Shown here piece after piece: positions 9,503 to 18,774 of a DNA stretch of 64,000 bases. Both the position numbers and the translations under genes were made by a program. The DNA lies in NCBI GenBank assembly GCA_963701015.1, contig OY969556.1, forward strand, positions 4,025,509 to 4,089,508, in the 5' to 3' direction. The number at the start of each line of letters is the position of its first letter. The first letter of the stretch is position 1. The notes below the pieces were generated by a model. That model did no database searches, was not told the DNA's origin, and saw nothing but the letters and a program-made list of their open reading frames with translations. This DNA is from an uncultured Bacteroidota bacterium (GTDB lineage Bacteria; Bacteroidota; Bacteroidia; Bacteroidales; DTGW01).

Positions 9503-9695
9503 ATTTCAAACAAAGATAAAAAACATTCACTGAATTAATAAATTTACGTTTGCAATGTTTCTAATCTATAAATAACCCTTCGCAAACAAGTGTTTAAGCA
9601 TGGAAACTAAGGGTTGTTGCATGTGTTTTAAAAAAATTATCATTGTTACTGATTATTTGTAAAAAGTGTTATAAAAGTACAAATTGGTAAACTTA
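9342..9695. repeat. direct repeat DR-A, copy 2
   Basis: Aligns with 5563-5915. It includes the third copy of the GT2 gene start (9599-9627). Confidence 0.9.
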
Positions 9696-9706
9696 GTGAA
9701 TCTTTT

Positions 9707-9737
9707 CCCCTCCTGGGAGGGGATTGGGGTGGGTTTC
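9707..9737 (+). repeat. hairpin + TTGGGG unit (REP-like)
   Basis: CCCCTCCTGGGAGGGGATTGGGGTGGGTTTC. The same architecture occurs about 20 times in the window. Confidence 0.85.
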
Positions 9738-9759
9738 AATAGAAATTTAGACAAGCATA

Positions 9760-9903
9760 CTATACAAAACCCTGACAATATTTTAAAGAATTTACTACAA
9801 TTTGTCTAATTTCTTTTCTTGTAAATACGTCAATCCAATTAATTGTAGTAATTGTAATAAAATATAGTTTGTCGTCACTTGGAATTTTGTACTTCTCCTA
9901 CAT
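9760..9903 (-). pseudogene. relic of a Y1 (IS200/RAYT-like) tyrosine transposase N-terminus
   Basis: The minus strand reads ATG TAG then EKYKIPSDDKLYFITITTINWIDVFTRKEIRQIVVNSLKYCQ. This resembles the conserved N-terminal region of Bacteroidota Y1_Tnp/REP-associated transposases. There is a stop at codon 2, and the relic is truncated next to a REP-like unit. Confidence 0.55.
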
Positions 9904-10134
9904 AATAACTAAAAAATATGTAAAATAGGATAACTTTCGCTATTGTGAAAATTATTTCTGTATTTGAATAATTAAGAGCTATTTTGTTGAGCAGTCAAAG
10001 GCACTGACAGCATGTCCGCGCCATCGGGGGTAATTTTGCAATAGTTATAGCCTTTTTTTAATTATAATTTTATTCATAATTAAATTTTTATTCATGATAT
10101 GGACCTATAGTATAGTAATTAAATAACTACATAA

Positions 10135-11253
10135 TCATTTTTTTATTTTTAATGATTGCCTATTATTTATATAATTTACGCTTTCTTTTAAAAGTAATTT
10201 TACTTTATAAGTATGTTTTTCGGAAATGAAATAAATTAAATATGCAATAATCAAACCTATCATTAATTCAACAAAATAATATGAAATAGATTTAATACAT
10301 AAATTCTTACTCCTAGGGAATCCAAAGTATGACATTAATCCCATTAGTGGATAATGAGTCAAATATAAGCTATATGAAAATTTAGCTAATTTACTGCCTA
10401 ATTTGTCAATTGCAACTGAAAGTTTTTTCTTTGGAATTGTTGTAATTAAACTATATATTATAAAACTAGTAAATATAGCTATGAATATGATTGCAATATT
10501 ACGATTTAAGCCATTTAAATTATTAATTGTAATGCTTCTTGACTTTGAAAAAGTCTGAGATAACACAAAGGAAGCGAAAAGTAAGATAATTAGAATTACT
10601 ATTTTTAATTTCCTATATGAAATATTATTGCGAGGTAATAAAAATGCAAAAGCCCCCATGAACCAAATGAATAAAAATAATGGGTTTAATCTGATAAAAA
10701 TATATATACAAAATGCAAGAATTAAGAAGGGTAGAAGTATATAGGTATTATTTTTCCTGCAAATAACCATAATGCAACCCATTAATACATAAAACCATAC
10801 TTCGTATGACAATGACCATAAAACTACATTATAATTACAACCTGTAATTATACCCTGAGTAGCAAAGAAACTGCCCATTATATCAATATAAGGAATAGAT
10901 TTATTCATTATAATATCAATTATTACCACTAGTATTGTAGATGCAGCTAAAGGCAGTAAAATACGCACTACCCTATCTATTGAATAGGATTTTATATCTA
11001 CCTTATTGTTTAAGATTTTTTCAATTGAATTGCCCCCAACAAGAAAACCACTTAGTATAAAAAATACAACAACAGATTCTTCTCCAAACCTTGTAAGTAA
11101 ATAAAAGATTTGAACGTATAAATTATGCTGGGTTTGAGGAAGTAAACCGTATTCAACAAAGAACATACCCCTGTAATGTGCTGCCATAACAAGGAATGCT
11201 GAAATAAATCTTAATAAGTCGATCCAATAATAGTGTTTACTGCTTATATCCAT
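10135..11253 (-). CDS. acyltransferase family 3 membrane protein (O-acyltransferase)
   Basis: 372-aa polytopic ORF with an N-terminal WIDLLRFISAFLVMAAHY motif. Confidence 0.8.
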   Translation of the reverse strand: MDISSKHYYWIDLLRFISAFLVMAAHYRGMFFVEYGLLPQTQHNLYVQIFYLLTRFGEESVVVFFILSGFLVGGNSIEKILNNKVDIKSYSIDRVVRILLPLAASTILVVIIDIIMNKSIPYIDIMGSFFATQGIITGCNYNVVLWSLSYEVWFYVLMGCIMVICRKNNTYILLPFLILAFCIYIFIRLNPLFLFIWFMGAFAFLLPRNNISYRKLKIVILIILLFASFVLSQTFSKSRSITINNLNGLNRNIAIIFIAIFTSFIIYSLITTIPKKKLSVAIDKLGSKLAKFSYSLYLTHYPLMGLMSYFGFPRSKNLCIKSISYYFVELMIGLIIAYLIYFISEKHTYKVKLLLKESVNYINNRQSLKIKK

Positions 11254-11664
11254 AAACTAATCATTAATTTTAATGTTTAATATACGTTATATTATAATTT
11301 TAAATTAGAAACCTCTAAATATACAATTATTCGAATCACTTAAAAATCATTTGGGTAATAAAATGACTTTTTCCGATTACCCACATAATGTAATTTTTTA
11401 TTAAAATACTTGCTAATTCTGACACGGATATGTTGCCATTACATTGTCTTAAAATTCAAGATTCGTTGTAATTTCTTAGTTACGTCGTACTTTTCTTCCT
11501 GCTACTTGCGGTTTAATTACAACAAATATATACTATCCAGCAATTTGATAATGAAAACAACAGCAAATCATTTGCTTTTATTCTTCATCATTTTGGCTTA
11601 GACCAGTCGAAGCACAAATGGAAATTGGTAAACAGAAAAGGGATAGAAATAATGCACGAAGGCT

Positions 11665-11753
11665 GTCCACGGATTGTACGATACGAATGCCAATCTGCAC
11701 GAGCGGCGGTGACATATGCTGAAAGGTTGGCTTTGGGATGGTATATGTGGTGA
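11665..11753. repeat. 89-bp repeat family copy (inverted relative to 20579-20667)
   Basis: GTCCACGGATTGTACGATACGAATGCCAATCTGCACGAGCGGCGGTGACAT... aligns at about 75-80% with the reverse complement of 20579-20667. Confidence 0.75.
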
Positions 11754-12035
11754 CAAGATACTACTTTCAGTTGTGAACTAAGCAATGCTTTCTCAATACC
11801 AAAGGGAGTAATACGCTTCGTTAATTTGAAGGTAGATAGTTTGCATATTTAAGCTCGGCAACCCCGGGCTTTATATATTTTGAAATATTCCTTTACCAGC
11901 AAATAAACACGCAAAATTCGGTTTAAGTGTTATTTTGTTGGTTAAGGCACTTAAAACATTTCAATACCAACTGGTTACCTACTAACTTTTGAATTTCATT
12001 TTATAAGCCAAACTATAATTGCTCCTATTTCAAAG

Positions 12036-12779
12036 TTAAATTGATTTTATCATTTTGGCTGGTACTCCACCCCATAAAGTATTAGGAGGAACTGACTTTG
12101 TTAAAACACTTCCTGCAGCAATTACGGATCTTTCTCCAATTGTTACTCCAGGTAATATTGTGACTCCACTTCCAATCCAAGCGCCATTACCAATTATTAT
12201 TGCTTTTGATATTACTCCACCTTGCCATCGGGCATTAATTTCTGTTGTATAATCGTGGTCATGTGTATATATAACGCAATTAGGCCCTATTGCAACTTCA
12301 TCGCCAATACTTATATCGTCAGTAACATCTATAATTGTATTATCACCAATATTTGACCAACTTCCTATTATAAGTTTTCCGTAGTGATTTTTTTCTCTTG
12401 AAAAGATAGCACAATTGGTAGCAATACTTACATTATTTCCAAATTGCCATTTATTATTAATATATAATTTGCTTTGTGAGCCAAAACTACATTCCTTGAG
12501 TGTTTGCAATGACCCATTTGAACTAATATTTATTTCAATTGCTTTATCTAAGTTTGATCCATTACCTAATTCAAGGGTGGCTTTTTTAGATATTCTTAAA
12601 ATTACTTTAGGAGATAATATTGTATTTTTGCCGAGATATATCTTCCCTTTCCCTTCAACAATTATAGGTAAACTAAATTTTGTTTGGTTAATACCTTCAA
12701 TTTTAGATGCATTATATAACCAAAATAAATTGCGCATAAGCAATTTAATATAGTAAGTTATCAATTTTATAAGAATCAT
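12036..12779 (-). CDS. hexapeptide-repeat (LbH) O-acetyltransferase
   Basis: 247-aa ORF with C-terminal left-handed beta-helix repeats (IGDNTIIDV.., IGSGVTILPGVTIGERSVIAAGSVL). Confidence 0.8.
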   Translation of the reverse strand: MILIKLITYYIKLLMRNLFWLYNASKIEGINQTKFSLPIIVEGKGKIYLGKNTILSPKVILRISKKATLELGNGSNLDKAIEINISSNGSLQTLKECSFGSQSKLYINNKWQFGNNVSIATNCAIFSREKNHYGKLIIGSWSNIGDNTIIDVTDDISIGDEVAIGPNCVIYTHDHDYTTEINARWQGGVISKAIIIGNGAWIGSGVTILPGVTIGERSVIAAGSVLTKSVPPNTLWGGVPAKMIKSI

Positions 12780-13080
12780 AATAATTCATTTGTAAAAATT
12801 CCAAAATATAAAAAAATTATTTGCTTATTCATTTCTAGGGTTTTTGACGATATTTAATATTTTACTGTTGATATAATTAAACAATAGGTGGTTAAAAACG
12901 TTTAGTAATGTAATAGATTTAATCTTTAGAGCAATCATTTAAAACAAAAATAGCTTTATTTGGGTAAATTTGTTGCAAAGTGGATTAAATTGTTTTTAAG
13001 GAGTTTTCTCACTTTTATAAAAAGCAATTATAATTAAGACTACGGAAAATTGAATCATGACTAAATGAATAAAATATTTT

Positions 13081-13959
13081 CTAAATTTTTACCCAGCTAT
13101 CTGGCATAATATTATCTCCATTCTTGAACCATTTTTTTGGACCAACTACTATCTTATCTTTACCAACACCCAACCAAGCTCCCCACCAGCTGAAACTACT
13201 ATTGGCAATTATAAAATGTTTACATGCTGACATTAATCTTAAATCTTCATGAGGTGTTTGATTATTATAATCATCTATATATGTGGCATTGGCCAATTTT
13301 ATATTTTTTTTAGCCCATTCCGTATCATCTGAAAAAATAAAAAAATGAAGATTTTCTATGCGTTCATTTAAGTAATCAATCGCTTTATGGTAATAATCTA
13401 TATTGCAAAGTTCTAAATTCGTCACTGCATGCTTATCGGTTAAGTAATCACCTCTTCGAATATGCATACCTACTGCATTATCTTGGCATTGAATTTTATC
13501 CAATAGATTTTGATTGTGATTATCGGGTTGGTTCTTATGAGAGAAATCATTTCTGATGATTTGGGCATATTCATGAAAATACAATTCATTTTGCCAATAA
13601 CCATGGAGATAGCAAGTTCTCTTTAACCCAAACAATCGCTCGTCAAAGGTTCTATCTACTTCTGTTATAAAACTTCTGTATACAAGTGGCAGAATATATT
13701 TTTCAAATTGCCTTATTCTTCTTAGAATAAAATTTGGGCGTGTATATCGCAATATCTCTTGAACAGTTGCTATGTTTTCGTTTATATTAAAATTATTAAG
13801 CGCATACGTTCGTTTAGCAATATCCACATCAGGTTCATAACTGTAAAAAGACAAATCTAATTTAAAAGGTTTGTTAAGATATAACGACAAGCTTTTTGCA
13901 AATGCATACTGGAACATTTGGTTTCCCAAACCGTAATGTATTTTTACATATATCATCAT
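13081..13959 (-). CDS. GT11-family alpha-1,2-fucosyltransferase
   Basis: Carries the GLGNQMFQYAFAKSL, HIRRGDY and SNSSFSWWGAWL motifs. Confidence 0.85.
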   Translation of the reverse strand: MMIYVKIHYGLGNQMFQYAFAKSLSLYLNKPFKLDLSFYSYEPDVDIAKRTYALNNFNINENIATVQEILRYTRPNFILRRIRQFEKYILPLVYRSFITEVDRTFDERLFGLKRTCYLHGYWQNELYFHEYAQIIRNDFSHKNQPDNHNQNLLDKIQCQDNAVGMHIRRGDYLTDKHAVTNLELCNIDYYHKAIDYLNERIENLHFFIFSDDTEWAKKNIKLANATYIDDYNNQTPHEDLRLMSACKHFIIANSSFSWWGAWLGVGKDKIVVGPKKWFKNGDNIMPDSWVKI

Positions 13960-13964
13960 AAAAT

Positions 13965-14951
13965 TTAAATGAATAACCTGAATATTTTCTTAACCTTTAC
14001 ACCTATTGTTATTATTGGGCCAGTTTTTGAGTAAATTTTAAATATATACAAGGCACATTGTATCCATGATAATTCTAAGGCTCTTCTCATCAACCAAATC
14101 GTTTCATTAATGTGTTTCATACTTAGACCTCTGTAATGGTTTGTTACCACCATTAAAAAATTTGCGCGAAGAGCCTTGAGCATTTGGTCATATGAAATCT
14201 CACTATTGTTATATCTTAAATATTGAAAATGTTTAACTAACCATTTAATAAATTGAAAATAACCTTTTATAGTTTTATCTCTGTTTTTATAAGCATTCTT
14301 AGTAATATTAACATCACTTCTTCTCCAATATAAAATAGCATCGGGTATAATTTGAATACCATTTTCTTTAGAAAACAGGATAGAAGTAGCCCAATCTGCT
14401 GATTGTCCAAAATCGGTATTTACAAACCCTCCATTTGATTCATAGACTTTACGCGAAAATATATGATCAGGCATTGTGTTTCCCCTTTTACCAATTAGAA
14501 TATGATATGCCATTGATTCCGAAGATTCATAATCTGGCCCAATAGCTGAAGGCTTGCCACTCTTCCCATTTCCATCAATGACTGTTGTATTGAACCGAAA
14601 CACATCGACATGACATATTTTTTTTATTTCATAAAATTTTTCAACACAATTTGAATCCATTATATCGTCATCAGAAAACAACCAAATCCATTTTTCCGAT
14701 TTTGATAACTCCACACATCTATTCCACTGACCAACTAAATCCTTACTTCCTAAATTGTCCGAATACCTATGGTAAACTATTGGCAAATCATTAAATTCAT
14801 CAATAATGGATTTAAGATTATCAGGGCTGTTGTCATCACCAATGTATATGTTGAAATCCTTTCGCGTTTGTTTTCTTAATGATTCTATACTCTCACGAAA
14901 ATATTTTGCTTTATAGGCAGGTATAATTATGGCTAACTCAACATTATTCAT
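13965..14951 (-). CDS. GT2-family glycosyltransferase
   Basis: N-terminal IIIPAYKAKYF...YIGDDNSPD and a DDD motif. Confidence 0.8.
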   Translation of the reverse strand: MNNVELAIIIPAYKAKYFRESIESLRKQTRKDFNIYIGDDNSPDNLKSIIDEFNDLPIVYHRYSDNLGSKDLVGQWNRCVELSKSEKWIWLFSDDDIMDSNCVEKFYEIKKICHVDVFRFNTTVIDGNGKSGKPSAIGPDYESSESMAYHILIGKRGNTMPDHIFSRKVYESNGGFVNTDFGQSADWATSILFSKENGIQIIPDAILYWRRSDVNITKNAYKNRDKTIKGYFQFIKWLVKHFQYLRYNNSEISYDQMLKALRANFLMVVTNHYRGLSMKHINETIWLMRRALELSWIQCALYIFKIYSKTGPIITIGVKVKKIFRLFI

Positions 14952-14952
14952 T

Positions 14953-15777
14953 TCATAAAAAAAACTTAAATTTTTTTAAAAATTTATACACAAATAAATT
15001 TTCAATCCGTAATATCCGTCCTTTGTAAAATTCTAATTTTTTATACAGAGTGATTGGATCTCCAAGCATTTCATATATAAAGTCGGCATGTTTTTTACTT
15101 GCATAACTTTGTGCTTTAATAGTATATTCATTTGGAATATTAACGAACATTGAACTTTCCTTTATCCGGTAAAAAAAACCAACATAGTCCAATCTATATA
15201 CTACATTGGAATTTTTTTCATTTTTCAATATATTTATCCAAAACTCCCAATCTTCATGCCCGTCGCGCATTTCACCATCATATCCTCCAACTCTCTCCCA
15301 TTCTGATTTTCTAAAGAAGGCTGTACAAAAAATCAAATTAGTATATGCTAATGTTTTAAAATCAAATGGTGGCAGATTCCACACACCTGATTTACCTCCA
15401 AAGTATTCAGCTTTACAATAAACCAATTTTGTCTGCTTATTTTCTACAAAATGACGAACGGCAAGTAATAGATAATCTTTGCCAATTTTATCATCTGCAT
15501 CCAAAGGAAGTATCAACTCACCTTTTGCATTTTTAATCCCTTCATTTCTTGCACTTGGTAATCCACCATTTGTTTTAATTACATATTTAATACGTTTATC
15601 TTTTAAAATATATTGTCCAGCAACTTCTTCAGTTTCATCTGGCGAACCATCATTAACAATAATACATTCCCAGTTTTCATAGCTTTGTGCCAACACTGAA
15701 TCAATTGCAACGGGTAAATATTGTGCTTGCTTATAACAGGGTATAATAACCGAGACTAAATGTTCAATCATTGTCAA
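14953..15777 (-). CDS. GT2-family glycosyltransferase
   Basis: SVIIPCYKQAQYL...IIVNDGSPDET and LDADD motifs. Confidence 0.85.
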   Translation of the reverse strand: MTMIEHLVSVIIPCYKQAQYLPVAIDSVLAQSYENWECIIVNDGSPDETEEVAGQYILKDKRIKYVIKTNGGLPSARNEGIKNAKGELILPLDADDKIGKDYLLLAVRHFVENKQTKLVYCKAEYFGGKSGVWNLPPFDFKTLAYTNLIFCTAFFRKSEWERVGGYDGEMRDGHEDWEFWINILKNEKNSNVVYRLDYVGFFYRIKESSMFVNIPNEYTIKAQSYASKKHADFIYEMLGDPITLYKKLEFYKGRILRIENLFVYKFLKKFKFFL

Positions 15778-15779
15778 TA

Positions 15780-16550
15780 TTAATTATGAAATATTTTCTT
15801 AAAAAACTTTTTTGAATAATACCAAAATGGGTTTGTCATTAATTTTATCTTCAACTCTTCCATTTCTTCATAATCTTTCAAATAGGTACCGAACTGTTTC
15901 TGCAAAAAAAGTTTCTTTTCATTTTTTATTAGTTCATCATTTGATTGGTATGAGCTTATCCCAGTGTGGTTAAAAACAGTAACTTCGGTATTTACATATT
16001 TATAACTGGCATTTAATATACATACGGTATAAATAAAAAATTCCCAGTCTGATGTAATTTTATTTTGCTCGTTATACGGGTTTCTGTTCAACAATTCTCT
16101 TCTAATTAAGGTAGCCGGATGGGGTAATGTATCTTTTAATAAATAACCAAAAGTAATTAAGGGGGGATAATATTTTATCCATTTTCTCGTACCATCGTCA
16201 ACTAATAAATTTCCGTAAATCAAATCTTTATCATTCCCTCTATTCAGAAGTTTATATAAAGATTCATTGTCAACGAAATAATCGCCACTATTTAAAAAAA
16301 TGCAATATTCCCCAATTGCTTTTGCAATGCCTTTGTTCATGGCATTATAAATTCCCTTGTCGGGTTCGCTTACCCAGTAAGTTATTTTATCAAAATATTC
16401 TTTAATAATATCTATACTTCCATCGGTACTGGCTCCATCAATTATAATATATTCGTAATCGGTAAAAGTTTGAGTAACTACGCTTTCAATAGTTTTGTGA
16501 AGACCAGTGGCATTATTAAGGTTAATAGTTATAATGGAGAGTTTGGGCAT
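15780..16550 (-). CDS. GT2-family glycosyltransferase
   Basis: LSIITINLNNATGL...IIIDGASTDGS motif. Confidence 0.85.
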   Translation of the reverse strand: MPKLSIITINLNNATGLHKTIESVVTQTFTDYEYIIIDGASTDGSIDIIKEYFDKITYWVSEPDKGIYNAMNKGIAKAIGEYCIFLNSGDYFVDNESLYKLLNRGNDKDLIYGNLLVDDGTRKWIKYYPPLITFGYLLKDTLPHPATLIRRELLNRNPYNEQNKITSDWEFFIYTVCILNASYKYVNTEVTVFNHTGISSYQSNDELIKNEKKLFLQKQFGTYLKDYEEMEELKIKLMTNPFWYYSKKFFKKIFHN

Positions 16551-16737
16551 TAAATTACTTTTTCAATTATTATTGTACTATTTAAGGTATAATTAAATAA
16601 ATTCCGCATTTAATATGCAATTTTATAAATATTTTAATAATGGCAAATTGTGATAAAGATTATTAGAGCAAAAATAATTGTAATTTTGAATATATTAGCT
16701 CTGTTACATTTTTTTGAAGATATTTTTAAATTAATTT

Positions 16738-17823
16738 ATGGGAATAATTAGAATATTATTAGCAATTGCTGTAATATTGACTCATTCAGGACCAATTTAT
16801 GGATTTAATTATATTGACGGCTTAATGGCTGTACAATCCTTTTTTATAATTTCCGGGTTTTATATGTCTTTAATTTTGAATGAAAAATATAATGGTGTAA
16901 AATCATATAAACTTTTTATTTCAAATAGATTGTTAAGATTGTTTCCAACTTATTTTTTAATAATAATTATTACTTTAATTGTGGCAACTATATTTAACAA
17001 TTTGGGAATACAACAAATTATAATTTCAGGGTTTTCTAATTTAAATTTCTTTTCGAAGTTTTATTTGATTTTTATAAACACTTTTATTGTTGGCCAGGAT
17101 ACTACATTATTTCTTGGATTTAACCTAAATGGATCGTTACATTTTATAAAAGATTTTCATAATTCAAATCCACAGGTTTGGAAATTTTTAATTTGTCCTC
17201 AGGCTTGGTCATTGAGTTTAGAGTTAATGTTTTATGCAATTGCACCATTTTTAGTTAAAAAGGACCTACGTTTTATTTTAGTTATAATGATTTTATCATT
17301 CATATTACGGCTATTTATTTATAAAAATGGATTGTATTATGATCCTTGGACTTATCGGTTTTTCCCAATTGAGTTGTTTTTCTTTCTATTAGGGAATATT
17401 TCATACAGGATTTATAAGTATATAAAGGAAATAAAATTCCCAAAGGAATTTGGAATGGATATGCTCATATTTATTTTGCTTTTACTATTTCTTTTCAATT
17501 TTATATCTGTAAAATATTACATTAAACAATATGCTTTTTATTTATTTTTCACTTTAGCAATTCCATTTATTTTTCATTATTCTAAAAACTATAAATTTGA
17601 TAGATTTATAGGCGAATTATCATATCCAGTGTATTTATCTCATAGTTTCATAATTACTTTTTGCATCCCAATTCTTTTTCATTTCTTTGGGTATAATTCT
17701 TCTTTAAAAAGTATAATTGCAGTTGTAGGGTCAATTATTTTTTCCTATTTAATTATTTTACTTCTAGTAAAGAGAATAGATGTATATAGAGAAAAAAGAG
17801 TTCAAAAATTTCAACTTAAGTAA
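16738..17823 (+). CDS. acyltransferase family 3 membrane protein
   Basis: 361-aa polytopic ORF. It is the only plus-strand gene inside the glycan locus. Confidence 0.7.
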   Translation: MGIIRILLAIAVILTHSGPIYGFNYIDGLMAVQSFFIISGFYMSLILNEKYNGVKSYKLFISNRLLRLFPTYFLIIIITLIVATIFNNLGIQQIIISGFSNLNFFSKFYLIFINTFIVGQDTTLFLGFNLNGSLHFIKDFHNSNPQVWKFLICPQAWSLSLELMFYAIAPFLVKKDLRFILVIMILSFILRLFIYKNGLYYDPWTYRFFPIELFFFLLGNISYRIYKYIKEIKFPKEFGMDMLIFILLLLFLFNFISVKYYIKQYAFYLFFTLAIPFIFHYSKNYKFDRFIGELSYPVYLSHSFIITFCIPILFHFFGYNSSLKSIIAVVGSIIFSYLIILLLVKRIDVYREKRVQKFQLK

Positions 17824-17863
17824 ACAAAATGGTTATATAAGTTTTGCCAAAATTAAATAATTA

Positions 17864-18760
17864 TTATTTCAATCGTTCAAGAACTTGCTCAACATTTTTT
17901 GTAGCTATCAAATTTACATAAGGATAATGTAACCGTTTAGTATCTTCGGTTAATGTATTATTTTTTGAATTATATACGTACCATTTATAACCAAAAGAAA
18001 CAAAATTATCATAAAGTTCATAACAATTTGTACCTGCTGCAAATAAATTACTTTCAGTAAATTCAACCATAAAAACAGGCGCATCCTGCTTACTTAAAAG
18101 TTCTTTAGCCCCTTTTAAAACCTCCATTTCCCAACCTTCAACATCCATTTTAATAAGTGCAATATCTTTTGAATAGATATTATTTTCAGCAAGGTAACTA
18201 TCAAGTGTTGTTACATTAATTTCAATTTTTTTATCAAAACTAATTTCAGAATTTTGAGCAAATGTATTCCAGGCATCGTGGCCATCAGTTGAAACATTTA
18301 AAAATAATTTTCCTTTATTTGAAGATAAGCCAATGTTATAGGCGGTTATTATATTTTGGAATTCATTTAATTCAATATTCTCTTTTAATCGTGAAAATGT
18401 TATGGGTGTAGGTTCAAAGGCATATATTCTACCCTTAGGGGAAATAATTTGGGCTGCATGTAAAGAAAAAAGTCCAATGTTTGCGCCAATATCAATAAAA
18501 GTATCTGCAGGCTTGAGAAATTTTCTCAAAAATATTATTTCATCTTGTTCAAAACCTGTATAAATGAGATTTGATAAAATGCTGTCTTTATAAAAGTTAA
18601 TTTGTAATTTATCATTGAGTTTACCTACAAAACTTGTGTTATTTCCAAATAAGTTATTCCAATTATCTTCTTCAATTTTCTTTTTTTTAATATTTTGTTT
18701 TTTAATATAATTATTCGCTCGGTTAGCAATTGCATATGCAATTCTTAAATCTAAATTCAT
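17864..18760 (-). CDS. FkbM-family methyltransferase
   Basis: FIDIGANIGLFSL...IYAFEPTPITF motif. It lies directly downstream of wzt. Confidence 0.8.
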   Translation of the reverse strand: MNLDLRIAYAIANRANNYIKKQNIKKKKIEEDNWNNLFGNNTSFVGKLNDKLQINFYKDSILSNLIYTGFEQDEIIFLRKFLKPADTFIDIGANIGLFSLHAAQIISPKGRIYAFEPTPITFSRLKENIELNEFQNIITAYNIGLSSNKGKLFLNVSTDGHDAWNTFAQNSEISFDKKIEINVTTLDSYLAENNIYSKDIALIKMDVEGWEMEVLKGAKELLSKQDAPVFMVEFTESNLFAAGTNCYELYDNFVSFGYKWYVYNSKNNTLTEDTKRLHYPYVNLIATKNVEQVLERLK

Positions 18761-18774
18761 TTATTTTAAATTTT

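Noticed and set aside
8518-10030. Integron-type attC sites or a CALIN as an explanation for the cassette-border repeats.
   Set aside because: I could not find canonical R''/R' cores (RYYYAAC ... GTTRRRY) or the expected imperfect-palindrome geometry. No intI gene is present, and the cassettes carry their own promoters and mixed orientations. The idea is kept only as a loose analogy; an attC covariance-model scan would settle it.
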